NCBI GenBank assembly: GCA_007134525.1
Contig: SLKR01000083.1
Span: 1-57,817, forward strand
Reading direction: 5' to 3'
DNA: 57,817 nucleotides
DNA from: Bacteroidales bacterium
Lineage (GTDB): Bacteria > Bacteroidota > Bacteroidia > Bacteroidales > UBA7960
A program made the position numbers and the translations under genes. Of the stretch, positions 1 to 9,929 are shown one piece after another; positions within the stretch are counted from its first letter, which is position 1; each line of letters opens with the position of its first letter. The notes beneath the pieces are model-generated. The model saw only the letters and a list, made by a program, of their open reading frames with translations. It ran no database searches and was not told the origin of the DNA.

Positions 1-2208
1 ATATTTCTGTATTTCGCCGGGTTCTTTATTTTCCTGCTGATGCTAAAGGTAAATCCATGGATCGCACTTGCGGGGGCGGTGGGATTTGCATTCTCATCCT
101 ACCACTTTATCATAATTGAGGCCGGACATAACTCAAAAGCAGTTGCAATAGGCTATATGGCTCCTGTACTCGGGGCAATAATATATACATTAAGGGGACA
201 CATGTATACCGGGGGGCTGCTGTTTGCCATTTTCATGGGGCTGCAGCTCTATGCCAATCACTTTCAGATTACATATTACCTTGGTATCACCGCCGCATTT
301 TACGGTATATTTCAGCTTATCGGGCACATCAGGGAGAAAAGCCTGCCCTACTTTATGAAAAAACTCGCTGTATTAGTTGCAGGCCTTATAATAGCCATCG
401 GTATCAATATAGGGAATTTCTGGGGCACATATTCCTATACATCCGAAACCATGAGAGGCGGCAGTGAAATTACCCTGCGGGAAGAAACCCATGCAAGCGG
501 GCTTGACAGGGAGTATATCACAGCCTGGAGTTATGGTATCGGCGAAACCCTTACATTCCTGATCCCAAACGCGAAGGGTGGCTCAACCATGGCACTGGGC
601 AACAACGAAGCAGCACTCGAAAAGGTTGAACCCGCCTACAGGGGGATTATAGCCCAGGAAAACCATTACTGGGGCAATCAGCCATTTACAAGCGGTCCTG
701 TCTATCTTGGGGCAGTGGTGATGTTCTTCTTTTTCCTTGGAATTTTTTATATAAAGGGGCCGCTGAGGAAGGGGTTGCTGGCAGCTATAGTTCTGTCAGT
801 ATTGCTTTCATGGGGCAGGAACTTCATGCCACTGACCGGATTTTTCATTGATTACTTCCCGGCTTACGACAAATTCAGGGCAGTTTCAATGACACTGGTA
901 ATAGCGGAGCTTTGTGTACCTGCAATTGCATTCTTAGGGCTTTTCCGCATTTACAAAAAGCCTGATATGCTCTCGCTTAAGGATACCTCATTTGCAACAG
1001 CCCTGGGGCTTACCGCAGGCCTTTCCCTGCTTCTTTACCTTTTGCCAAGGCTTTTCCTCTCCTTTACAAGTGACATGGAAGCACAGGGGTACGCAGACAT
1101 GGCCGCACGTGAACCGGGAATGGCTGCACAGATCAATGAGTTCCTGTATAACCTGGAAAAGGCCAGGATCCACATATTCAGGGCCGATGCACTGAGGAGC
1201 TTTCTGTTTGCATCAGCTGCAGCACTTCTTACAATACTCTTTTCACTGAACAAAGTTGGAAGGCCCCTTTTTGTTGCTCTTTTGGTGCTGCTTATAACGG
1301 CAGATATGTGGCCGGTTAACCGAAGATACCTCAACAATGAACATTTTGCACCACGACGCAGGGTCGAGCGCCCATTCCCGATGAGGGAGGCAGACCAGCA
1401 CATTCTGCAGGACAATGAACAATTCAGGGTACTCGACCTGAGCGAAAATACCTTCAACAGTTCCAGGGCCTCATATTACCACCACTCAATCGGGGGATAT
1501 CACGGAGCCAAACTGCAGAGATATCAGGATCTCATTGACTTTCACATTATTGATGAGATGAGAGCCATTGCGGGCGCAATCGGCAGCGGATCAGAGAGTG
1601 GCAGCCTGGCCGATGTTTTGAGTGAAAGTACCGTGCTAAATATGCTTAACACCAGGTATATAATAGAAAGGGCCGACTCCAGGCCATTAAGTAACCCATA
1701 TGCAATGGGGAATGCATGGTTTGTCGACAATACAGAGATTGCCGGAAGTGCGGACGAAGAACTCCTGGGTCTTAATGGCCTTGACCTGTCATCAACAGCG
1801 ATAGTCGATGAAAGGTTCTCTTCCTCTATCGAACCGGCCTCTTTAGGGTCAGACAGCCAGGCAAGCATCGAGCTTGTTCAATACCAGCCGAACAGGCTGG
1901 TATATTCGTACAGTTCCGGCAGTCCCCAGCTGGCAGTATTTTCAGAAGTTTATTACCCTGACGGATGGGAGGTTTATATAAACGGTGAAGAGAAAGAACA
2001 CTTCCGGGCCAATTATATACTAAGGGCAATGTTAGTACCCGAAGGTGAGTTCGACATAGAGTTTCGTTTCAGGCCCAGACCATACTATACCGGACAATAC
2101 CTGGCACTTCTGTTCTCATCATTGCTTGTTGCCGGCATTCTTGCATATGCCTTCATACAGTGCAGGCGAATATTCAGGAAGAATAAAACAGTCAGCGCCG
2201 GGAGATGA
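1..2208 (+). CDS. YfhO-family (GT-C fold) multi-pass membrane protein, 5' partial
   Basis: Frame is open from base 1. Many TM segments and Bacteroidota YfhO-like motifs (YWGNQPFTSGPVYLG, SIGGYHGAKLQRYQ, AVFSEVYYPDGW, RANYILRAM). Confidence 0.85.
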   Translation: MFLYFAGFFIFLLMLKVNPWIALAGAVGFAFSSYHFIIIEAGHNSKAVAIGYMAPVLGAIIYTLRGHMYTGGLLFAIFMGLQLYANHFQITYYLGITAAFYGIFQLIGHIREKSLPYFMKKLAVLVAGLIIAIGINIGNFWGTYSYTSETMRGGSEITLREETHASGLDREYITAWSYGIGETLTFLIPNAKGGSTMALGNNEAALEKVEPAYRGIIAQENHYWGNQPFTSGPVYLGAVVMFFFFLGIFYIKGPLRKGLLAAIVLSVLLSWGRNFMPLTGFFIDYFPAYDKFRAVSMTLVIAELCVPAIAFLGLFRIYKKPDMLSLKDTSFATALGLTAGLSLLLYLLPRLFLSFTSDMEAQGYADMAAREPGMAAQINEFLYNLEKARIHIFRADALRSFLFASAAALLTILFSLNKVGRPLFVALLVLLITADMWPVNRRYLNNEHFAPRRRVERPFPMREADQHILQDNEQFRVLDLSENTFNSSRASYYHHSIGGYHGAKLQRYQDLIDFHIIDEMRAIAGAIGSGSESGSLADVLSESTVLNMLNTRYIIERADSRPLSNPYAMGNAWFVDNTEIAGSADEELLGLNGLDLSSTAIVDERFSSSIEPASLGSDSQASIELVQYQPNRLVYSYSSGSPQLAVFSEVYYPDGWEVYINGEEKEHFRANYILRAMLVPEGEFDIEFRFRPRPYYTGQYLALLFSSLLVAGILAYAFIQCRRIFRKNKTVSAGR

Positions 2209-3509
2209 AAAAAGTACTTATAATAACCTATTACTGGCCACCCGGAACCGGAGCCGGAGTGTTGCGCTGGCTCAAGCTCTCCAAGTACCTCGGTGACTCC
2301 GGCTGGGAAAGCATTGTATACACTCCGGAGAATCCGGAAGCCCAGGGGACGGATCACTCACTGGAAAAAGATATTGCAGGCAGCACAACAGTTTTAAGGC
2401 GTCCTATAAAAGAGCCATACGGCATATACAAGATGCTTACCGGACGCAGAAAGAGTGAAAGGATACAGTCCGGTTTCCTCAGCGAGGATAAAAGGGGCGG
2501 TTTCACGGAAAAGCTCTCTGTATGGATTAGGGGGAACCTTTTTATTCCCGATGCACGCCGGTTATGGGTAAGACCTTCTGTTAAATACCTTTCCGGATGG
2601 CTTGAAAAAAACCCCGTTGATGCCATAGTATCTACCGGACCTCCCCACAGCATGCACCTGATCGCGATGAAGCTGAAGGAAAGCCTTGGCATCCCATGGC
2701 TGGCCGACTTCCGTGACCCCTGGACCCAGATCGACTTCTACGACAAGCTCATGCTTGGCAAAAGGGCCGACAGTAAACACAAAGAGCTGGAGAAAAAGGT
2801 TCTTTCCAGGGCTGACAAGCTGGTTACAGTGAGTGAAAACTGTGCACGCGGACTTGAAAAGATAGGAGGGCGTACCACAGAGATCGTCACCAACGGCTTT
2901 GATCCGGAAGACTTCAGGGATCTGCCGGGCACCGACTACGGCAGGTTTATTATAATGCACCTGGGATCCATGAATGCAGACCGCAACCCCGCTGTCCTGT
3001 TCAGGGTTTTGTCGGATCTGGTTAAAGAAAACAGTTTTTTCAGGGATAACCTTCGAATTGTCTTCACCGGGAAAACAGACTTCACTGTAAAGGAAAGTGC
3101 AGTTAAATACGGGCTTTCTGATTATGTGCGTTTCGATCCGCCTCTCCCCTACAGGGAAGCACTCAGAAAGGCCGCAAGGTCGGCCGTTTTACTGCTCCCG
3201 CTGAACAATACTAAAAATGTAAAGGGTATCACAACCGGAAAACTCTTCGACTACATCGCGCTGAAAAGGCCAGTACTGTGTATAGGGCCACCAGACGGGG
3301 ATGCAGCCAGGATAATTGGAAAAACCAACAGCGGGCTCACAGCCGGCTTTGAGGATTATGAAGTATGCAGGGAAATCCTTCTGAAGTTCTCTGAAAACTT
3401 TAAAAAAAGGAAGACCTGGCCCGTAAATGAGGATATGCTTGCCCAGTATGACAGAAGAGCATTGAGTACAAGAATTGCCGGCCTGCTTAATCAGATTAGC
3501 AGAAGTTGA
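2205..3509 (+). CDS. Glycosyltransferase family 4 protein
   Basis: MKKVLIITYYWPP...GVLRWLK, STGPPHSMHL, WLADFRDPW, GKLFDY. ATGA overlap with the YfhO stop. Confidence 0.9.
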   Translation: MKKVLIITYYWPPGTGAGVLRWLKLSKYLGDSGWESIVYTPENPEAQGTDHSLEKDIAGSTTVLRRPIKEPYGIYKMLTGRRKSERIQSGFLSEDKRGGFTEKLSVWIRGNLFIPDARRLWVRPSVKYLSGWLEKNPVDAIVSTGPPHSMHLIAMKLKESLGIPWLADFRDPWTQIDFYDKLMLGKRADSKHKELEKKVLSRADKLVTVSENCARGLEKIGGRTTEIVTNGFDPEDFRDLPGTDYGRFIIMHLGSMNADRNPAVLFRVLSDLVKENSFFRDNLRIVFTGKTDFTVKESAVKYGLSDYVRFDPPLPYREALRKAARSAVLLLPLNNTKNVKGITTGKLFDYIALKRPVLCIGPPDGDAARIIGKTNSGLTAGFEDYEVCREILLKFSENFKKRKTWPVNEDMLAQYDRRALSTRIAGLLNQISRS

Positions 3510-3516
3510 CAGAAGG

Positions 3517-5325
3517 TTAAAACGGGAAAAATACTGGTATCAGGAAAGTGGCAAGTATCCAGAATATTAAATTGAGCGGAGCTCCGACCCTAAGAAAGTC
3601 CTTAAAGCTGTAAGCACCAACCCCATATATCATAGTATTGGTTTGATAACCAACAGGTGTCATAAAACTTGATGAAGCAGCAAACGTTATTGCCATCAAT
3701 AAGGGCCGGGCATCAACACCCATCTCAACCGAAGCCGCTATGGCAATCGGTGTAAGAAGAACGGCACTGGCATTATTGCTCATGGATTCTGTAAGCAGCG
3801 AGGTTATCAGATAGAGACCTGAAATTATTGCAACCGGGCCCAGAGAACCCACCAGCATGATCATAGACTTACTTATTAGTGCTGCAGCACCCGATACATC
3901 AAGAGCAACACCGAGGCTCAGAGCGCCCGCAAGCAGGAAGATAACCTTCCAGTCTATCGCATTGTACGCCTCTTCCATAGTGATGCAGCGGGTAAGAACA
4001 AGGAACATGGAGCCGGTAATAGCGGCCATCATAATTGGCATGATCTCAAGGGATGCAAGCAGAACCACTACGGCAATGGTAAGTACAACCGTCAGCATTT
4101 TATCTGTGCGATACTCAGGAATATCAACCTCATTTACAATAAGGAATGTATTCCTGCCCTGAAGTTCAAGCTGCTGAAGGTTTACAAGATGAGCCTTGTC
4201 AACCTCAATAAGCAGTGTGTCTCCTGCCCTTAGTTCTGTGTTGGCAACCTTGTCGCGCATAAGCTCTCCCCTGTGGCGTATTGCCAGTACGGTTGCTCCG
4301 AATTTCTGTCTGAAACCTATCTGTTTTACACTTTTGCCCTCAAACGGGCTGTTGGGTGCAACAACCGCCTCCACAAGCACTACATTTTCATTATTCTGGT
4401 TATAATTATCACCCTCTATCTCCCTGAACTTTGCATCACTCTTTAAGATAATACCTTCCCTATCCTTTAGGGTCTTTATCTTTTGTACATCGCATCTGAC
4501 CTTGAGTATATCGCTCTCTTCCAGACGCATTTCACCCGATGGGTTAATAAATACATCACCCTTTCTCTTTACCTCCAGTATATCGATATCCAGCTTCTTA
4601 ACCAGAGGCGAGTTTTTTATCGTCTTGCCCACGGATGAAGCATTTGCAAGAAGTATTATCTCGGTGAGGTAATCACCCATGCCGAACTTCTTTATAAGTC
4701 CATTTTCCCCACCCCTGTCAGGAATCAGGTGGATGCCTATGGTCATCATATATACAAGCCCTACCCCAAAGAATACCAGTCCCATCCTGCTCATTTCGAA
4801 CATGGAGAATGGCTCCAGGTCGTATTCGGTTGCTACACCGCTTACAAGTATATTCGTTGAAGTACCTATCAAAGTGCAAACGCCTCCGAACATCGAAGCA
4901 AAAGAAAGTGGCATTAACATCTTGGCCAGGCTTAATTTTGATTGTGCAGCAGCCCCGACCATAATTGGTATGAATATCGCAACAACAGGAGTATTGTTTA
5001 TAAATGCTGAGATAACCCCGACAGTTATCATAGTTACCAGTATCCCTACCCAGAAATTGTACTTAAAGAGCTGGGCGATCCTGTTCCCTATGCTTACCAC
5101 AGCCCCAGACTTGAAGAGGGCGGCACTTAGCACAAACATGAACGCCACTGTTATTGTAGCTGTATTGCTGAACCCCGACACTCCCTGTACCGGAGTCAGC
5201 ACACCGCTTATAACAAGTACCGACATGGCTACAATTGCCACCACGTCAACAGGATATCGTTCGGTGGCAAACATTACAACTGCCCCTGCCAGCACTACCA
5301 GAACAATACCTATCTCAAGTGTCAT
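3517..5325 (-). CDS. SLC13/DASS-family permease with two TrkA-C (RCK_C) domains
   Basis: SAFINNT, GGVCTLIGTSTN, SNNASAVL, FMTPVGYQTN motifs with central soluble TrkA-C repeats. Confidence 0.9.
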   Translation of the reverse strand: MTLEIGIVLVVLAGAVVMFATERYPVDVVAIVAMSVLVISGVLTPVQGVSGFSNTATITVAFMFVLSAALFKSGAVVSIGNRIAQLFKYNFWVGILVTMITVGVISAFINNTPVVAIFIPIMVGAAAQSKLSLAKMLMPLSFASMFGGVCTLIGTSTNILVSGVATEYDLEPFSMFEMSRMGLVFFGVGLVYMMTIGIHLIPDRGGENGLIKKFGMGDYLTEIILLANASSVGKTIKNSPLVKKLDIDILEVKRKGDVFINPSGEMRLEESDILKVRCDVQKIKTLKDREGIILKSDAKFREIEGDNYNQNNENVVLVEAVVAPNSPFEGKSVKQIGFRQKFGATVLAIRHRGELMRDKVANTELRAGDTLLIEVDKAHLVNLQQLELQGRNTFLIVNEVDIPEYRTDKMLTVVLTIAVVVLLASLEIMPIMMAAITGSMFLVLTRCITMEEAYNAIDWKVIFLLAGALSLGVALDVSGAAALISKSMIMLVGSLGPVAIISGLYLITSLLTESMSNNASAVLLTPIAIAASVEMGVDARPLLMAITFAASSSFMTPVGYQTNTMIYGVGAYSFKDFLRVGAPLNLIFWILATFLIPVFFPF

Positions 5326-5439
5326 GTAATTATCCTATCCCTGTTTGAGTAAGAATAACTAAAAATACAAACTTATTGACAAAAAACGGTAATTAGAGCT
5401 TGCAGAAAAGATTTTTTAAATGCAACTGCGTGTAAAATG

Positions 5440-5853
5440 CTATTGTTGCTCAAGCTGCAAATAGTGAAGGAAATGTGAATTTGAAAGATTCTTTATAAGG
5501 AAGTAGGTTCGGTAATATCTGCCATTTTTAGTAAAAAGCCTGCCTATAACAAATACTGAGCCGTCCTGTGAGTAACCGTGATATATTATTATAAATGAAG
5601 AAGGTTTATCCCGGGAAAAAAAGTCTCTGATGATTATCTCCGACTGTGACTTGCTGAAAGTTCCCTCGGCACGCGGCATTGAAAGTTCAACATTGGTACC
5701 GAAAAAACTTGCAATACCCTTGGCATTTCCGTCCTCAAACGCCTTCACAATGTCACTGACCATACGGTCTGCCTCCTGGGCCCGCAAACCGGGGCCGGTA
5801 TGTGAAAAGAGAAGGAGCGCAAACAGAATGCACAAAAAATACCTGCAGGACAT
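5440..5853 (-). CDS. DUF4783-like exported protein
   Basis: Signal peptide, then AFEDGNAKGIASFF...FSKSQSEIIIRDFF pattern. Confidence 0.7.
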   Translation of the reverse strand: MSCRYFLCILFALLLFSHTGPGLRAQEADRMVSDIVKAFEDGNAKGIASFFGTNVELSMPRAEGTFSKSQSEIIIRDFFSRDKPSSFIIIYHGYSQDGSVFVIGRLFTKNGRYYRTYFLIKNLSNSHFLHYLQLEQQ

Positions 5854-5944
5854 TATCGCCAGGAATAATTAGTAAAATAACAAAGCCTAACCTTAATTAA
5901 CATCAAAAATCAATCCAAATTAAACCGCATTTTTTAAAATCGTT

Positions 5945-5952
5945 TAAATTTG
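5945..5952 (+). promoter_or_regulatory. Bacteroidota -7 promoter element (TAAATTTG) upstream of rlmH
   Basis: Exact match to TAnnTTTG about 35 nt before the start codon. Confidence 0.6.
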
Positions 5953-5985
5953 CAGAGCCTGAATTAACTCACCTAAATGCCCGGA

Positions 5986-6459
5986 ATGAAAATACAGCTG
6001 CTTCTGATAGGAAAAACCGACAAGGCTTATATTGAAGAGGGTATAAATGAATACCTTGGCAGGTTAAGGCACTATGCCGATACGGAGATCATAATTGCAC
6101 CTGTCAAAAAGCAATGGAGTAAACTTCCAGTACAGGAAAGAAAGGAGAAGGAAGCAGAAGTGATCCTTAAGCATATAATGCAGTCTGACCGGTGTATCCT
6201 ATTGGACGAAAAGGGTAAATCGCTTAACTCCGGAGGATTTGCAAACCTACTCGGGCAAATTATGAGCGGTCCCTATAAAAAATTGCTTTTTGTAGTAGGC
6301 GGACCCTGGGGCTTCAGCCCTGAGGTGTACAGAAAGGCTCATATGAAGCTGTCGCTCTCAGCCATGACCTTCTCCCACCAGGTAATAAGGATCATTTTCC
6401 TTGAGCAGCTTTACAGGGCAATGACAATTATCAGGGGAGAGCCTTACCATAACCAATAG
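5986..6459 (+). CDS. rlmH: 23S rRNA pseudouridine-1915 N3-methyltransferase RlmH
   Basis: MKIQLLLIGKT, LLDEKG, VGGPWGF, SLSAMTFSHQVIR..EQLYRAMTIIRGEPYH. Alternative ATG at 5977. Confidence 0.95.
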   Translation: MKIQLLLIGKTDKAYIEEGINEYLGRLRHYADTEIIIAPVKKQWSKLPVQERKEKEAEVILKHIMQSDRCILLDEKGKSLNSGGFANLLGQIMSGPYKKLLFVVGGPWGFSPEVYRKAHMKLSLSAMTFSHQVIRIIFLEQLYRAMTIIRGEPYHNQ

Positions 6460-6470
6460 GAGAGGGTAAA

Positions 6471-7736
6471 TCAATCTTCCCGGGCCATCGACAGGGAAGC
6501 AATCGTACCGTCTGCCACTGCAGTTGTTATCTGCCTTACCTTCTTGCTAACAACATCACCTGCAGCATATACACCGGGAATGCTGGTTCGCATCTCTTCA
6601 TCAACCCTGATATATCCCCATTCATCTTTTTCCAGGGGCTCAACTATCAGGTCAAGGTTGGGTTTCATGCCAACAAAAACGAATACGCCATCAGCAGTTA
6701 TCTCTTTTATTTGACCGGTTGAAAGATCTTCGGCCTTTACAACCATCTTGTCATTCCTTTTTTCAAAGCCCCTGGGCTCGTGCGAGTAAAGAATATTTAT
6801 CTTGGGATCAGCCATCGCCTTTTCCTGTGCGGCTTTATTGGCAGTAAGTTGGGGGAGCTGCTGAACCATGGTTATCCCGGAGGCAAATTTTGAGATAAGC
6901 TCCGATTCCTCTACAGCGGTATTTCCCCCGCCTATAATCACCACCTGTTTGTCATGATAATATTTCGCATCACAGGTGGCGCAGTAGGATATTCCCTTTC
7001 CATAATACTCTTTCTCTCCTTCAATACCTAGATAACGCGGAGAGGCACCTGTGCTTATAAGTATTTTGTTTGCACGTATGGTTTCATGACCATCAACAAC
7101 AACCTCCTTTTTTCTGAGGTCAACCCTGTTTATGTCAACTGCCACCCTCATCCTGGCACCGGCTTCCTTTGCCTGCTCAGACATATAATGGGCAAGCATG
7201 AAACCCGGCTGGGGTTTTACAAAACCCGGGTAATTGCTTACCATATGAGTTGTAGATACCTGCCCGCCCGGAAGGGCCGGATCGACCAGAAGGGTATCTA
7301 TCCTGGCCTGTGCAAGGTATATGGCAGCAGCAAGTCCACCAGGTCCGGCACCCAGTATCAGCGCATCAGTTTCTGTGGTTTTCGGTTTGATCCCTGAATG
7401 TATCTTGCTCACTCTGTCCTGAGGCAACAAGGCATCAAGATTTCTCATGATATCCGATCTCTTTATGCCTCCGGTAAGCACTTCGCCTGTTTGCTTTCCT
7501 TTTTTAAAGAACAGGACTGTCGGGGAAGAGCTTACCCCAAGCTCTCCGGCCAGCTCCCGGTTCTCCTGCCTGAATATTTTCAAAAACCTTACATCTTCCC
7601 CGTAAAGCTTGTCGAGTGACTCAAATTTTGGTGCGAGCGCCTCGCAGGGAGGGCATTCGGTCGAATAGAAATCCAGGACTACATTTTCATTTGTCTGCAG
7701 CTCCTTTTTAAAGGAGCCCTGTGTTATTTCAATCAT
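6471..7736 (-). CDS. Thioredoxin / thioredoxin-disulfide reductase fusion protein
   Basis: N-terminal Trx fold (DFYSTECPPC, SSPTVLFF) followed by TrxB motifs GAGPGG, GGQ, SYCATCD, GGGNTA, TSIPGVYAAGD. Start placed at MIEITQ. Confidence 0.9.
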   Translation of the reverse strand: MIEITQGSFKKELQTNENVVLDFYSTECPPCEALAPKFESLDKLYGEDVRFLKIFRQENRELAGELGVSSSPTVLFFKKGKQTGEVLTGGIKRSDIMRNLDALLPQDRVSKIHSGIKPKTTETDALILGAGPGGLAAAIYLAQARIDTLLVDPALPGGQVSTTHMVSNYPGFVKPQPGFMLAHYMSEQAKEAGARMRVAVDINRVDLRKKEVVVDGHETIRANKILISTGASPRYLGIEGEKEYYGKGISYCATCDAKYYHDKQVVIIGGGNTAVEESELISKFASGITMVQQLPQLTANKAAQEKAMADPKINILYSHEPRGFEKRNDKMVVKAEDLSTGQIKEITADGVFVFVGMKPNLDLIVEPLEKDEWGYIRVDEEMRTSIPGVYAAGDVVSKKVRQITTAVADGTIASLSMARED

Positions 7737-7868
7737 ATATATTTCTATCTTTATATGTTTATTGGTCAAGGATAACAAAATCCCTGCCAGGATGCAAAAT
7801 ATGACATTCTGTCAATTTCCGCGATAATTTCATAAATTTATAATAAAGTTTTAAAAAAAAGCATAATT

Positions 7869-9374
7869 ATGATAAGAAAGGTATTGGTGGCCAACCGCGG
7901 AGAAATTGCGGTACGTATTGTCCGTTCCTGCCGCGAAATGGACATCCTTACAGTAGCTGTATACTCTGATGCAGACCGCAAGGCATTGCATGTGCTGTAT
8001 GCAGATGAGGCATTTCACATAGGTCCCTCTCCTTCTGTAGATTCTTACCTGAACATCGACAATATAATGAGGGCTGCCCGGCTAAGCGGTGCAGATGCAA
8101 TTCACCCGGGCTACGGATTTCTTTCTGAGAACCCTGAATTCCCCTCCCGCTGCCAGAAGGAGGGGATTATTTTCATTGGCCCCCCTCCCACTGCAATATC
8201 AACGATGGGCGACAAGATAACAGCACGCAGAACAATGATCAATGCAGGGGTGCCCGTGGTTCCAGGAGCAGAAGGCAAAATAACTTCAGAGGCAGAGGCA
8301 TTTGAGGTAATAAATCAGATTGGCCTTCCTGTAATGATAAAGGCATCAGCCGGAGGAGGCGGCAAGGGGATGCGCCTTGTATCCAAAGAGGGGGAAATAA
8401 AATCCGCACTCAGGTCAGCAAGCTCCGAAGCCAGGACAGCATTCGGCGACGATTCGGTATTTATTGAAAAGTACATTGAATCTCCCCATCATATCGAGTT
8501 CCAGATACTTGCCGACAGCCACGGTAACGTGATCCAGCTATTTGAAAGGGAGTGTTCCATTCAGAGAAGGCACCAGAAGATAATTGAGGAAACCCCCTCG
8601 CCTTTCCTTAGCAGCGAAAGGAGGATACAGATGGGTGAAGCTGCGGTAGCAGCAGCAAGGGCAGTTGACTATCAGGGGGCAGGCACTGTGGAGTTCATTG
8701 TTGACAAAGACCAGAACTACTACTTTCTGGAGATGAACACCAGGCTGCAGGTAGAGCACCCGATTACGGAGAGGGTGGTCGGGGTTGACCTGGTAAAGGA
8801 ACAGATCAATATTGCCAACGGAAATGCCCTGCAGCTGAAACAGGAAGATTTGAAACAACACGGGCATGCAATAGAGTGCAGGGTATATGCAGAGGATCCC
8901 GCGAACAACTTCATGCCTGCACCAGGCTTGGTAACCCATATAGACATTCCCTATGGAGTCGGTGTAAGGGTTGACGGCTCAATTTACGAGGGTTTTGAGA
9001 TACCCCTTTACTACGACCCCCTGATAGCCAAGCTTATAGTCTGGGGCAAGGACAGGCAGGATGCCCTTGAAAGAAGCAGGAGGGCACTCCGTGAGTTCAA
9101 GATTGCAGGGGTCAAGAATAATCTGCTGTTCCTGGAGCGCATACTCCTGTCGGAGGGTTTTGCCGGGGGAGATTATACCACTCACTACATTGAGGAAAAC
9201 CGCGATTTTCTGATGCAGGAAGACCGCTGCGAGGACCATTGCGAGGATATAGTCATCATTACAGCCTTTATGGAATACCTGCAGAAAGTTAAAAAAGCCA
9301 GCCCTAAAGAGATGACCGCGATAAAGAACAATTGGAAGGATTACAGCAGGGTAAGAAGCGTACTGAAACTGTAA
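7869..9374 (+). CDS. accC: Biotin carboxylase subunit of acetyl/propionyl-CoA carboxylase
   Basis: KVLVANRGEIA, HPGYGFLSEN, GGGGKGMR, ERECSIQRRHQK, EMNTRLQVEH. Confidence 0.93.
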   Translation: MIRKVLVANRGEIAVRIVRSCREMDILTVAVYSDADRKALHVLYADEAFHIGPSPSVDSYLNIDNIMRAARLSGADAIHPGYGFLSENPEFPSRCQKEGIIFIGPPPTAISTMGDKITARRTMINAGVPVVPGAEGKITSEAEAFEVINQIGLPVMIKASAGGGGKGMRLVSKEGEIKSALRSASSEARTAFGDDSVFIEKYIESPHHIEFQILADSHGNVIQLFERECSIQRRHQKIIEETPSPFLSSERRIQMGEAAVAAARAVDYQGAGTVEFIVDKDQNYYFLEMNTRLQVEHPITERVVGVDLVKEQINIANGNALQLKQEDLKQHGHAIECRVYAEDPANNFMPAPGLVTHIDIPYGVGVRVDGSIYEGFEIPLYYDPLIAKLIVWGKDRQDALERSRRALREFKIAGVKNNLLFLERILLSEGFAGGDYTTHYIEENRDFLMQEDRCEDHCEDIVIITAFMEYLQKVKKASPKEMTAIKNNWKDYSRVRSVLKL

Positions 9375-9385
9375 AAACAAATCAG

Positions 9386-9901
9386 ATGTCATACGAAGTA
9401 AAGCTTAATGACCGCTTAGCACGTGTTGAGGTGCTGAACCAGGATGGTGATAAACTGCTGGTCTCAGTTGACGGAATTGAGTACGATCTCGATTTCGTTA
9501 AGATTGGAAAGGGCAGCTATTCAGTACTCCATAAAAACAGGTCGTATAACGTAGAGCTGATCCCAAGGAACGGGGTCAAAAAGTATCAGGTACATACCCT
9601 TAAGAACAGCTTTGAAGTGGAGATAATTGATTCAGAGGCAAAATACCTTGCCAGCCGCAAAAAGGAACATGAAGCCGATGACGAGGCAATAATCTGTTCC
9701 CCTATTCCAGGAAAGGTTGTAAGCCTTCTGGTAAGTGAAGGAGAAGTGGTTGAGGCGGGGCAAAGCCTGGTAATAATATCTGCCATGAAAATGGAGAGCG
9801 AGTTCAAGGCTCCCAAAAAAGGCAAGGTGATATCGGTAAAGGTAACTGAAGGGCAGACTGTCGAATCAAGGCAGGAGCTGGTACTGCTTGAATATTCCTG
9901 A
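9386..9901 (+). CDS. Biotin carboxyl carrier protein
   Basis: SPIPGKV...SAMKME biotinylation motif. Start placed at MSYEVK. Confidence 0.9.
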   Translation: MSYEVKLNDRLARVEVLNQDGDKLLVSVDGIEYDLDFVKIGKGSYSVLHKNRSYNVELIPRNGVKKYQVHTLKNSFEVEIIDSEAKYLASRKKEHEADDEAIICSPIPGKVVSLLVSEGEVVEAGQSLVIISAMKMESEFKAPKKGKVISVKVTEGQTVESRQELVLLEYS

Positions 9902-9929
9902 AAGATTTTAAAAAAAAGATCCAACAATA

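Noticed and set aside
4679-5329. 216-aa plus-strand ORF
   Set aside because: It is the antisense shadow of the hydrophobic SLC13 permease and has no recognisable motifs.
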